DNA from: Escherichia phage teqdroes
Sequence record: NC_054932.1
Length of the DNA stretch: 64,000 nt
Strand: one strand, 5' to 3'
Shown here: piece by piece, positions 28,175 through 37,404 of the stretch
Numbering within the stretch: the first letter of the stretch is position 1
Layout of the letters: every line of letters starts with the position of its first letter
Notes under the pieces: generated by a model
What the model was told of the DNA's origin: nothing
The model's input: only the letters and a program-made list of their open reading frames with translations
Databases searched by the model: none
Position numbers and translations under genes: made by a program

Positions 28175-28179
28175 TTTTA

Positions 28180-28207
28180 GGGAGAGCCGAGGCTCTCCCT
28201 TTTTTTA
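28180..28207 (+). terminator. rho-independent terminator
   Basis: GGGAGAGCC-GAG-GGCTCTCCC followed by T8. Confidence 0.8.
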
Positions 28208-28231
28208 TTTCAAAAATTTTTTCACAAAACG

Positions 28232-28262
28232 GTTTACAACCAAAGCATACTGTGGTACTATA
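28232..28262 (+). promoter_or_regulatory. early promoter (repeated module)
   Basis: GTTTAC at 28232-28237, TACTAT -10, conserved leader CAACTATCAACTACTGATACAG. Confidence 0.55.
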
Positions 28263-28302
28263 CAACTATCAACTACTGATACAGAATTACGGAGATTAGA
28301 AA

Positions 28303-28938
28303 ATGTCTAAAGTAACTTACATCATCAAAGCTTCTAACGATGTTCTGAATGAAAAAACCGCTGCGATTTTAATTACCATTGCTAAGAAAGATTTCATTAC
28401 AGCTGCAGAAGTTCGTGAGGTGCATCCAGATTTAGGTAACGCAGTAGTTAATAGTAATATTGGGGTATTAATTAAAAAAGGCCTGGTAGAGAAATCAGGT
28501 GATGGATTAATCATCACGGGTGAAGCACAAGATATTATTTCAAATGCAGCAACTTTATATGCACAGGAAAATGCTCCAGAACTTCTGAAAAAACGAGCAA
28601 CTCGTAAAGCTCGTGAGATTACTTCTGATATGGAAGAAGATAAAGACCTCATGTTAAAACTGCTAGATGAAAATGGATTTGTTCTTAAAAAGGTTGAAAC
28701 TTATCGTAGTAATTATCTTGCCATTTTAGAAAAACGTACACATGGAATTCGCAATTTTGAAATTAACAACAATGGAAATATGCGAATTTTTGGATACAAA
28801 ATGATGGAACATCATATTCAGAAATTTACTGATATCGGAATGTCATGTAAAATCGCTAAAAACGGTAATGTGTATCTTGACATTAAACGCTCAGCAGAAA
28901 ACATTGAAGCAGTAATCACTGTAGCATCTGAACTGTGA
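28303..28938 (+). CDS. motA: MotA middle-transcription activator
   Basis: 211 aa, MSKVTYIIKASNDVLNEKTAAIL…; matches T4 MotA. Confidence 0.9.
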   Translation: MSKVTYIIKASNDVLNEKTAAILITIAKKDFITAAEVREVHPDLGNAVVNSNIGVLIKKGLVEKSGDGLIITGEAQDIISNAATLYAQENAPELLKKRATRKAREITSDMEEDKDLMLKLLDENGFVLKKVETYRSNYLAILEKRTHGIRNFEINNNGNMRIFGYKMMEHHIQKFTDIGMSCKIAKNGNVYLDIKRSAENIEAVITVASEL

Positions 28939-28948
28939 GGAATAAATA

Positions 28949-29278
28949 ATGAACAAGTTAGAAATTGTTAATGAACTTCGTCGTTGTGCAGAACCTACAC
29001 AAGAGGGTTGGGACATCTGGTATCATGGAGCTTATCTTGGAACTATCGTAAAGATTAAGACTGGTAAATACATGATTATTCGTGAAAGTAAAGATGCTCC
29101 AGTAGGTATTCGTAATAATTTTATGGCAGCGATAAGTTCATTTACGGATGCAGCTTACGAAATTTACCTTGCTGATTATAAAGAATTCCAGGAATCTCAA
29201 CCGGTTATTCGTTCAATTGGTGTTAACAGAGCTCAGCAGAAAACTTTGTGGCAACGTATTAAAGGATGGTTTAAATGA
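28949..29278 (+). CDS. hypothetical protein (109 aa)
   Basis: ORF downstream of motA. Confidence 0.5.
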   Translation: MNKLEIVNELRRCAEPTQEGWDIWYHGAYLGTIVKIKTGKYMIIRESKDAPVGIRNNFMAAISSFTDAAYEIYLADYKEFQESQPVIRSIGVNRAQQKTLWQRIKGWFK

Positions 29279-29736
29279 ACCCATTTATCAATCGTTTAAA
29301 AATGCTGAATGTTCCTTTATCTCGTGAAACTCCAGAAAGTCTTGTTGAAAAATTTAAAACGCATGGTTATAAATGCACAGAAGAAGATATTCTGAAAGAA
29401 GTTCCTGAAATCTGTTGGCAGACTGCGTACTGGGATGAAAACCAAAAGTATCAACGACGAATTGTCTGTGCAGCCAACCGTTTTAAATTAAAAGATGGAC
29501 GAACTCTTATTATTCCAGGTGCTCGTCATTATTCTAAAGATATGGCCGAAGTTTTAGATGTAGTTAAACCTCAATTAGTTACTCAACAAGTTTGTGATGA
29601 TGACCAAGGGTTTATTGACCAATACAGTAATTATTGGACACGTGAAGAAGCAATGATTATTGCAACTTACGCTGGACAAGTACGTATTGAACGTGGTGGT
29701 AGTGAAAAAGAACTTTACTCTGAGGACCTTTACTAA
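29275..29736 (+). CDS. hypothetical protein (153 aa)
   Basis: ORF with ATGA overlap. Confidence 0.5.
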   Translation: MNPFINRLKMLNVPLSRETPESLVEKFKTHGYKCTEEDILKEVPEICWQTAYWDENQKYQRRIVCAANRFKLKDGRTLIIPGARHYSKDMAEVLDVVKPQLVTQQVCDDDQGFIDQYSNYWTREEAMIIATYAGQVRIERGGSEKELYSEDLY

Positions 29737-30032
29737 TGAATATTAAAAAGTTTCAAATCGATGGAATTATGAATCAAATCCAGGCACTGGAATATGCCAA
29801 TAAAATGATGTCAACTAATTGGGGAATTTATGCGAATGAGCCGGCATTTAAATTTTGTGATATGGAATTTGCCAAAAAGCTTGTAGGAAAAGATTATGTA
29901 TGTCCATTTAGTTCTCCAGTAAATGGAATGCTAAAACCTGCTTTACGCGATCTTTATATTGCGATGAACGAAGAAATGATAAAAGAATTAAAACGTCAAC
30001 TGAAGGTGATTCAATTTGGCCAGGGAAATTAA
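29736..30032 (+). CDS. hypothetical protein (98 aa)
   Basis: ORF with TAATG overlap. Confidence 0.5.
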   Translation: MNIKKFQIDGIMNQIQALEYANKMMSTNWGIYANEPAFKFCDMEFAKKLVGKDYVCPFSSPVNGMLKPALRDLYIAMNEEMIKELKRQLKVIQFGQGN

Positions 30033-30234
30033 TTCAAAATCTGATTATTTTAATTCTCTCAATGATAAAGATAAAAATCTAATACGGCATTTTATTGTTG
30101 AGATGGGATATACCGATACACGCGATTTAAGAGAACATATATTTGAATGCGGTGTAGCTAAAAAGTTTTCATTCACATGCAAATGTTTGAGAGAGGTAAT
30201 TCAGCACTATGAACAATTTAGTCGCAAAACATAA
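30016..30234 (+). CDS. hypothetical protein (72 aa)
   Basis: ORF; overlaps the upstream ORF by 17 nt. Confidence 0.4.
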   Translation: MAREINSKSDYFNSLNDKDKNLIRHFIVEMGYTDTRDLREHIFECGVAKKFSFTCKCLREVIQHYEQFSRKT

Positions 30235-30317
30235 TTTCAATAAAGCTTCTGTTCATAAGGATAAGAAGAAAGCGTTTAAAGAATCTAATCGCAAACAGAA
30301 ACATAAGGGGAAGGTCT

Positions 30318-30596
30318 ATGATTATTGATTCTCAGTCTGTGGTTCAATACACAATCAAAATTGATATTCTAGAAAAGCTATATAAGTTTCTACCAAATTT
30401 ATACCACTCAATTGTTAATGAATTAGTTGAAGAACTACATCTTGAGAATAATGATTTCTTGATTGGAACTTATAAAGACCTCTCAAAAGCAGGGTATTTT
30501 TACGTAATTCCAGCTCCAGGAAAAAGTATTGATGATGTATTAAAAACTATAATGATTTATGTCCATGATTATGAAATTGAAGATTATTTCGAATGA
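30318..30596 (+). CDS. arn: Arn anti-restriction protein (McrBC inhibitor in T4)
   Basis: 92-aa acidic ORF immediately upstream of asiA; size and position as T4 arn. Confidence 0.65.
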   Translation: MIIDSQSVVQYTIKIDILEKLYKFLPNLYHSIVNELVEELHLENNDFLIGTYKDLSKAGYFYVIPAPGKSIDDVLKTIMIYVHDYEIEDYFE

Positions 30597-30745
30597 GTCA
30601 TAATCTTGAAAAGGTAATCGAGCATAATGTAGCTCAGGAACGTAAGTCGTTCAAGGAATTCGTAGAAAAAATTTTTGAAGAAAATAACACAGACCAGTTT
30701 ACAAATCAAGCGTCTGATGATATTATAACAAAGTCAACTAATTGA
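30593..30745 (+). CDS. small ORF (50 aa)
   Basis: ATGA overlap with the arn stop; not in the ORF track. Confidence 0.35.
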   Translation: MSHNLEKVIEHNVAQERKSFKEFVEKIFEENNTDQFTNQASDDIITKSTN

Positions 30746-30757
30746 GTGGTATAGTTA

Positions 30758-31030
30758 ATGAATAAAAACATTGATACAGTTCGTGAAATTATTACTGTTG
30801 CGTCTATTTTGATTAAATTTTCCAGAGAAGATATTGTTGAAAATCGTGCTAATTTTATTGCATTTCTGAATGAGATTGGAGTAACGCATGAAGGTAGAAA
30901 ATTAAATCAGAATTCATTCCGTAAAATTGTTTCTGAATTAACTCAAGAAGATAAGAAAACCCTCATCGACGAATTCAACGAGGGTTTTGAGGGTGTATAT
31001 CGATATCTAGAGATGTATACGAACAAATAA
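30758..31030 (+). CDS. asiA: AsiA anti-sigma-70 factor
   Basis: 90 aa, MNKNIDTVREIITVASILIKFSREDIVENRANFIAFLNEIGV…; matches T4 AsiA. Confidence 0.9.
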   Translation: MNKNIDTVREIITVASILIKFSREDIVENRANFIAFLNEIGVTHEGRKLNQNSFRKIVSELTQEDKKTLIDEFNEGFEGVYRYLEMYTNK

Positions 31031-31687
31031 TTATTTAGCCCTTCCTAATATTCTGGCCGCCTGAGCACATATTGATTCAAGGCGGTCATTACTTATATGA
31101 TCATTTCTATACCAGTACATGGTTATCGTTCCAGCATAGATATTATCCAAATTAAAATATGGACAACTGTACATGTAGTTTATTTCGGGAGTAGGCTTTT
31201 TAGTTGGTAAAAAAGCAAATTTTGAGTCAGAATAATAATGACGTCCATTTAAATGAACTGTATATTCATCCATAGTTTTATCAACAGGATATCCTCCAAG
31301 TGATTTTTCAGTTATTGTTGAAGGTAATCTTCCTTCGTATGCTATAATATCAACAAAATAGTTTAAGTTTTTAGGGCGGAAAGAATACACCGCACTAAAG
31401 TCTGCCTCAGATGATATATGAACTATCTGGAGTTGTTCCAGGGCGACAGATTCAAAGCGTGCATTTCTTTCCTTTTCAATAATTTCACTGTATGTTTCAT
31501 ACTTTGATTGCTTATAGTACTCAAAGAAACTATCTCCCCTATACCAAACAATCGCCATCATAAATAAAAGAATTACGACAGCTACCCGGGAAGCAAGAAC
31601 CTTCCCAGTAGCGTTATCTTTGAACAAGCGATCTAGAACACCAAACAGAATATCAGAGGGCGAAAATGATATTCTAGGTGCTGCCAT
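31031..31687 (-). CDS. t: holin T
   Basis: 218 aa; N-terminal TM segment then a large periplasmic domain; matches T4 T; SD AAGGAGGG. Confidence 0.9.
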   Translation of the reverse strand: MAAPRISFSPSDILFGVLDRLFKDNATGKVLASRVAVVILLFMMAIVWYRGDSFFEYYKQSKYETYSEIIEKERNARFESVALEQLQIVHISSEADFSAVYSFRPKNLNYFVDIIAYEGRLPSTITEKSLGGYPVDKTMDEYTVHLNGRHYYSDSKFAFLPTKKPTPEINYMYSCPYFNLDNIYAGTITMYWYRNDHISNDRLESICAQAARILGRAK

Positions 31688-31704
31688 AGACCCTCCTTTT
31701 AAGA

Positions 31705-31712
31705 TATTTATA
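31705..31712 (-). promoter_or_regulatory. late promoter (TATAAATA) for t
   Basis: Plus-strand TATTTATA about 20 nt upstream of the t start. Confidence 0.55.
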
Positions 31713-32259
31713 CGTAATGCTTGAATAAACGCTTATACCAAGGTTTCCGTTCTTTTTCAGGCCATGAAGGGAATTCACCACCTAAATGCTCATGCTTTTC
31801 TAAAAGAGCAAAGAACCGCTTAAGGTTTTTATAATAAAATTTTTCCTTTTTATTGGCGACAGAAGCTTCAATCATATTATTTAAAACTTGGAACTCTTTA
31901 TATAATTCTTCAATTTTTCTATTACGAATTAAAACTCGCTTATATGTTTCGTCTTCTTTCCAACCGTCATCAGTCCATATATCAAATTCGCCAGGCTCAT
32001 CAAAAGTTATACCAACCGGGCTTCCAATTTCACTTATAAAAATTTCTTCTTTATTAAAAGTCCATGCTCGTTTTCCGCGATGGTCTTCTTCATAAATCCA
32101 ATCCTGAGTACGTTCATCAAATACAACTGCATATCCTTCTTTAGGTTCTAAAGGTTTTTTAATTGTTGAATGAGCAGGAAGACCGAGGCCTTTAACCGGT
32201 TTGTAATTTTCTTCTTTGTAAAATTCTTTAGTGTCAAAATAATAATGATATATTTTCAT
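31708..32259 (-). CDS. 38: gp38 distal tail-fibre assembly chaperone (T4-type)
   Basis: 183 aa; matches T4 gp38 size; SD and AUG separated by a GGGGCTTCGGCCCC hairpin. Confidence 0.85.
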   Translation of the reverse strand: MKIYHYYFDTKEFYKEENYKPVKGLGLPAHSTIKKPLEPKEGYAVVFDERTQDWIYEEDHRGKRAWTFNKEEIFISEIGSPVGITFDEPGEFDIWTDDGWKEDETYKRVLIRNRKIEELYKEFQVLNNMIEASVANKKEKFYYKNLKRFFALLEKHEHLGGEFPSWPEKERKPWYKRLFKHYV

Positions 32260-32286
32260 ATTTAGAAGGGGCCGAAGCCCCTCTCC

Positions 32287-35200
32287 TTATGCTAAACGAA
32301 CGATATAGTTAAAAGCAATGTTTTTAACCGTGTTTTCTGTATTACCTGTACTATTTACAGTGATAGTATGACCATGCGAGCCAATTGCTACCGTGTGGGT
32401 ATGAGCACCGATACCTACAGTATGGGTATGAGCACCAATACCTACTGTGTGAGCATGGTTACCTGTAGTGCTTGTAGTACCAGACCAAGTATGAGTATGA
32501 GCACCGTCTGAAGAAGTTTTGGCTATATTCGACCCTGCAGTAGCACCGTTCACGGTTCCAGTGAATTTAGCGTTGGCGTTTGCACCTACACTATTATATC
32601 CGTCATAGAATATGTTATTGGGTATGCCGGCTTGTATCTGAGGACCTGAGCGCGCATGTTGGTGTGCACCAGCAGAACTCGTAGTACCGCTTACAGTATG
32701 AGAGTGGTTACCTGTGGTATTGCTAGTCTTAGTGCCATAGTCAAAGCTACTTGTCGTCTTAGTACCATAATCAAAACTCGACGTAGTTTTAGTACCCAAG
32801 TCAGTACTTGAAGCCGATGCACTATGGCTATGAGCCTTAACACCATCGGCTTCTGCGCTTAATACAGCTCGACCACTTGGTTTACCTTTAATAGTTTGCC
32901 CGCGCATATCTGGAATTACGCCAGATGGGTAAGCCATAGCCAATTTTGGGTATGCAGACTTATCAAAAGTCTGGCCTTCCATAATAGCGTAACCGTCAGG
33001 AGGAGTATCCGTTGGCCATGGAATAGGAGCACCGATTGGGTAACTCGATACAATATCGGTTTTAAGTGATTCAATTGTACTGTTTAAATTAGCAAAATTG
33101 CCAGAACCACCTGTAATATTGCCGTCTGTACCTAAATAAACTGAACCACCAGCAGAAACACGCTTAGGAGATATAAAATCACCATTTTTGTTAAATTCCC
33201 AACCTAAATCCTTTATAATAGCGCCAGTCGAACCGCCATCGCCGCCTTCATGATAATGAACTCTGAAGTTACCGCCGTTAATTAGAGTTCCCAGAGAATA
33301 ACAACTGTTTCCTTGGACATATCGTTGTTTCAAAATAGGAACGTAAGTACTTGTATCTGTACGATTAATATTCATATAGAATGGAGCACGAACGTTTTCA
33401 TTATTTTGTGAAGCAAAAGACCCTGCACCAGCCGGGCGAACTGTGTCAGTACATTCAGCATCAATATAAGCTGCTTGTCCTACCTGCATACGGTAATTAG
33501 GAGAAATGCGACTATTACTAGTAACAACAACAAGTTTGGTATCGTTGTCCACAGTAATCATATTACCGCCAGCGCCATCATCGCCTAACGTAACAGAATG
33601 GCGCATTTGTACCATACCATTATTAAGACTAATACTAAGTGGGCGGAGATTACTTATTCCACCACTTTCACCGGCATCTTTAGGAGTCGGGATAATATGT
33701 AATGCTGTTTCTGAGCGACGGAAAATAGCACCGTATTCGGCATTCCAAATTCTTAATGCATCAGCAGTTCCACCAATTTTTACTTGTCCAGTAATAGAAG
33801 AACCACCTTGGACAAACAAACCATTAGACATGGTAACATTACCGACTAAAGTGCTTAATCCATTAACTTTAATACTTCCTCTAGCATTAACTTGTCCATT
33901 GAACTGGGTTACAACAGGCCCAGTAGTTTCAGAGCCACTTGGAGCCACACGCTGTGAATAAAAATAATATCCTTGTCCATCAGCTACTTCAAAAACCGTT
34001 TCACGATTACGATCGCCAGATGCGTTAAATGAATTACCCCATGCTTTAACAGTTACATAGCTTTTATTCTGACCAGCACGAGTACCGCCTTCCCACAAAA
34101 TTTTCTTAGTGCCATCAATTGTAGTAGTTGGAGCGAATGTTAGCCCAGCAGTAGAATTATTAGCTGCTAAATATATGCCATTATATATTGAAAGCTGCTT
34201 AACAGATGTAATACCGCCATCAGCATAAAACATTACATTATTAGAGCCAGTTACCAATTTCAAAATACCCGGGTTAACTTCCATGCCTTCTTGAGTATTA
34301 ATATTAGTTTTGCCTTTACCACGGAAATAGTGGTTCATTTTTCCGCCTGAGTTATAGCCAATATGCGTCTGGCCGTCTCCAGCAGTGTTTTCATCAGCTT
34401 GTGTTTGAACCGATAAAAACGCGGCGTTGGTTCCAGGCATAATCCATGTTGTACCTTGGTCCTCGGAACGACCAAAAATCGCTTTACGGGTACTACGGAA
34501 ACTATCAGGAGTAATAGATGCTAAAGAAAGACCACTAGCAACTAAATCATATACTCCAGTTTTTTTGTATGATAAGCCTGTTGATGCATCACCGATAACT
34601 ATATAACATTCGCCCATTGCTCCAGCGGAGCCGTAGTTATTAATGTTTTCATCTGTTGTAATTGTACCAATTGCGAGTGAGCGTCGTAATACTAAAGCCC
34701 CATCATTACGAAGACCCATTTGTTTATTAACGGCTGTATTACCAGTCCACCAAGAAAGTTCATCACTTTTTCCGGTTTGCGCAGAAGCTAATTCATGATA
34801 AATTGTACCGCCTGATTTAGCTCGAACTTTACGAAGATAGTTTATACCATTTTCTTCGCCTGTTCCAGGATAAACATATTGAACTAATGATTGCGAATCG
34901 TATTGTCCAAATGCTTTTGTATCTAAAATAATATTTTTAGTATTAATCTGAGGCGAAGTAATATTTCCAATAGCTGCAATATTTCCAGATGTAGTTATAC
35001 TACCTCCTGATACTGCTAAACCTCCACCGTCAACAGTAAATCCGCCGTCACGTCGAAACGTCCAATATTTCGAATCGCCAGATTCATTGATATAATGAAT
35101 CTTCAACGAACCTTCAGAAACTAAAGTACCTAATGAAAAAGTTCCATCTTTAAAGCGCTGTTTAATTATAGGATTATATTCAGATGTGGAAGTAGCTGAG

Positions 35201-35544
35201 CTTAAATCTACAAAAATTGGAGCTTTCGCAGTATGTTGACCGGACCAAGCCCCACTTCCAGTAGTACGATAATTAAACTCAATATATCCACCGCTTGCTA
35301 CAATTTGCGGACCAATTAAATTAAATTTTCCAGTCTGTGTATAATCACCAGTTTGAGTGATATTACCACTGATATTACCGCCAGTAGAAATGCTTAAATC
35401 GATGATATTTCCTGAATCATCTTTAGTAAAAATTGTTCTATCTTTTAAGTTTATAGCCAATTCACCTTCGGCTAATACTGAAGCAGCAGGACGTGCACCT
35501 GCGGTTTTGCTTCTTTTAAATTGTATTTGTTTTAAAGTAGCCAT
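32287..35544 (-). CDS. 37: gp37 long tail fibre distal subunit (receptor-binding)
   Basis: 1085 aa; C-terminal His-x-His boxes ([16 protein letters not shown]…) and tandem [10 protein letters not shown] repeats. Confidence 0.9.
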   Translation of the reverse strand: MATLKQIQFKRSKTAGARPAASVLAEGELAINLKDRTIFTKDDSGNIIDLSISTGGNISGNITQTGDYTQTGKFNLIGPQIVASGGYIEFNYRTTGSGAWSGQHTAKAPIFVDLSSATSTSEYNPIIKQRFKDGTFSLGTLVSEGSLKIHYINESGDSKYWTFRRDGGFTVDGGGLAVSGGSITTSGNIAAIGNITSPQINTKNIILDTKAFGQYDSQSLVQYVYPGTGEENGINYLRKVRAKSGGTIYHELASAQTGKSDELSWWTGNTAVNKQMGLRNDGALVLRRSLAIGTITTDENINNYGSAGAMGECYIVIGDASTGLSYKKTGVYDLVASGLSLASITPDSFRSTRKAIFGRSEDQGTTWIMPGTNAAFLSVQTQADENTAGDGQTHIGYNSGGKMNHYFRGKGKTNINTQEGMEVNPGILKLVTGSNNVMFYADGGITSVKQLSIYNGIYLAANNSTAGLTFAPTTTIDGTKKILWEGGTRAGQNKSYVTVKAWGNSFNASGDRNRETVFEVADGQGYYFYSQRVAPSGSETTGPVVTQFNGQVNARGSIKVNGLSTLVGNVTMSNGLFVQGGSSITGQVKIGGTADALRIWNAEYGAIFRRSETALHIIPTPKDAGESGGISNLRPLSISLNNGMVQMRHSVTLGDDGAGGNMITVDNDTKLVVVTSNSRISPNYRMQVGQAAYIDAECTDTVRPAGAGSFASQNNENVRAPFYMNINRTDTSTYVPILKQRYVQGNSCYSLGTLINGGNFRVHYHEGGDGGSTGAIIKDLGWEFNKNGDFISPKRVSAGGSVYLGTDGNITGGSGNFANLNSTIESLKTDIVSSYPIGAPIPWPTDTPPDGYAIMEGQTFDKSAYPKLAMAYPSGVIPDMRGQTIKGKPSGRAVLSAEADGVKAHSHSASASSTDLGTKTTSSFDYGTKTTSSFDYGTKTSNTTGNHSHTVSGTTSSAGAHQHARSGPQIQAGIPNNIFYDGYNSVGANANAKFTGTVNGATAGSNIAKTSSDGAHTHTWSGTTSTTGNHAHTVGIGAHTHTVGIGAHTHTVAIGSHGHTITVNSTGNTENTVKNIAFNYIVRLA

Positions 35545-35552
35545 AAGTCCTC

Positions 35553-36218
35553 TTAATAATAGCCGAAATCTTGAACAGAATCCTTAATTACGATTTGGTC
35601 AAATCGTGGAACGTGTGAAGGTTGAGATGCAGGATTCTGCGAGAAAAAGTTTGGCGCTGTTAAATTACCTATCATGGTGTCACCAGACCGTAGCACCCTA
35701 GAGTTTGCATTTGCCGTAACAGTATTTATTGCTCCATCAACATAGTCCTTTCTAGTAAGGTCATTCGCTGCTATAGGAGCAGCCGCATCACTTCTTACTT
35801 GACCTGCTGCCGACACAACGCCTTTTGTACTAATATCACCATTACGTGCATTAATTACAACAGTTCGAGCTGCTGAACCTTGTGATGATTTAAAACCAAT
35901 ACCATTCCACGAAACAATATCGATATTTGCTACAGCAAAAGTAGCATTATCACCGTTACCTGGATAAACACCGCATGGGTTTGTGTTGTTTACAGCATAC
36001 GGAACTTGAATTCCACCGTTAAATGTTACCTTTGATGCATAAGTACCACCATTAGCTTTAGAAACGAAATCGTTATCAGCAGCTTGTGGTTTATTATATT
36101 CTGAATATATTTTAAATGATTTATAGAGTACATCGTCACCGGCTGGATTCAATGGAAAATTTCCTTGATGCCAAATGACAGAGCCTCCGGTTGTTGAACC
36201 TACTTTTAAATCAGCCAT
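35553..36218 (-). CDS. 36: gp36 long tail fibre hinge-distal connector
   Basis: 221 aa, synteny 34-35-36-37-38. Confidence 0.85.
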   Translation of the reverse strand: MADLKVGSTTGGSVIWHQGNFPLNPAGDDVLYKSFKIYSEYNKPQAADNDFVSKANGGTYASKVTFNGGIQVPYAVNNTNPCGVYPGNGDNATFAVANIDIVSWNGIGFKSSQGSAARTVVINARNGDISTKGVVSAAGQVRSDAAAPIAANDLTRKDYVDGAINTVTANANSRVLRSGDTMIGNLTAPNFFSQNPASQPSHVPRFDQIVIKDSVQDFGYY

Positions 36219-36251
36219 TGTATGCCCCTTTATTTTAATAGTATTTATAAA

Positions 36252-36259
36252 GAAAAAGG
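36252..36259 (-). promoter_or_regulatory. late promoter (TATAAATA) for gene 36
   Basis: Plus-strand TATTTATA between the gene 35 stop and gene 36 start. Confidence 0.55.
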
Positions 36260-36261
36260 GA

Positions 36262-36286
36262 ACCCGAAGGCTCCCTCAATTTATAC
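36262..36286 (-). terminator. hairpin terminator after gene 35
   Basis: Minus strand GGGAGCC-TTCG-GGTTCCC followed by TTTTTC. Confidence 0.5.
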
Positions 36287-37396
36287 TTCTCTAAATTCTT
36301 GCCCAAACACTTTACCAGTTTTAGATGATGCTTGCGTAGGAAGTACCATTATATCCGGAGGTGAAGCGGATTCACAGATATAATTAACACGAATACCGTT
36401 GACGCCAAATTCAGCAGGTTTTGAAATACCACCGTTTCTTGATACTTCAGAAAAGCTTAAATTTCTCATGCCACCTTGGCCAGCTTTAGCAGTTCTTTGT
36501 GCATATATCGTAAATCCTACAGCGTTTTCTGGAACAACTACATAATCTTCCTTTAATTCCCATGACCCAGCTTGTCCGGTAAATTCAGCTTGTGTCGAGG
36601 AAATATATCCATTTGATGCATTATAAAAACGGATAGATATATTTGTAGTTCCAAGAGCAAGTAAATCGGCATCAGCATATAACTGAGCTTTAAGATAAAG
36701 AACATCGCCAGGAATTAAATTATAATCAGATAATTTACTTATAGTAGCTGAAGTTGGTAGACGCGCAATTTCGTTATTAGTTCCACCAACCGCTGACATG
36801 AATTGCTCAACGCTTTCATACGTTCTTCTTGGAAACCCGGTAGCTCCGACGTCTTCTAAACTGTCAAATACAACATCTAAAATAGTTTGATAATCATCTG
36901 TGCTTTTTCTATTACTTAATTTAACATGCTCTAATGCAATAGCTCTTTTAGAAGAAGTATAAAAAGCAGCATATGATACGTCGAATCTTGACAATATAGA
37001 ATCAGATGGAAAAGCAGACGTTCCGGCGGTTCTTAACCAAGATACTACTTCAGGAGGAAAATTAACCTTTCCACTAGTTAATATAGCGACAATTCGATTA
37101 TTCGTCAAAGAATTCATGAAACTAACAAAAGCAGCTGATGTAGTATCATTTGAAGTCGAAAAAGCATATGACTTACTATCAACTAATGCTCCGGTGGAAG
37201 GGTCAAAAACTCTTAAATGAAGACCTGCGCTAAATGTTTGACTTCCTACAGGATTATCCTGAAATTTAACGTATGGTCCTGCTGTAGAAAGCGGGCAAGA
37301 ACCCGCTATACTTATTTTGTATCTTACTGAATTACTTTCCGATAAAAATGGCGTTTGGACATATCCTTGTCCAAACTCTGCCATAAATTTTTCCAT
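36281..37396 (-). CDS. 35: gp35 long tail fibre hinge connector
   Basis: 371 aa, synteny. Confidence 0.85.
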   Translation of the reverse strand: MEKFMAEFGQGYVQTPFLSESNSVRYKISIAGSCPLSTAGPYVKFQDNPVGSQTFSAGLHLRVFDPSTGALVDSKSYAFSTSNDTTSAAFVSFMNSLTNNRIVAILTSGKVNFPPEVVSWLRTAGTSAFPSDSILSRFDVSYAAFYTSSKRAIALEHVKLSNRKSTDDYQTILDVVFDSLEDVGATGFPRRTYESVEQFMSAVGGTNNEIARLPTSATISKLSDYNLIPGDVLYLKAQLYADADLLALGTTNISIRFYNASNGYISSTQAEFTGQAGSWELKEDYVVVPENAVGFTIYAQRTAKAGQGGMRNLSFSEVSRNGGISKPAEFGVNGIRVNYICESASPPDIMVLPTQASSKTGKVFGQEFREV

Positions 37397-37404
37397 AATA
37401 CCTC

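Noticed and set aside
32380-32480. Short direct repeats in the 3' part of gene 37, considered as a possible CRISPR-like array
   Set aside because: Repeats are in-frame coding repeats (His-x-His boxes) without uniform spacers; no CRISPR array is present anywhere in the window.
33506-33961. Plus-strand 151-aa ORF inside gp37 (and similar ones at 35357-35587, 38462-38653, 39625-39858)
   Set aside because: Embedded antisense in the late tail-fibre genes; no promoter or SD; low-complexity translation consistent with a chance open frame.
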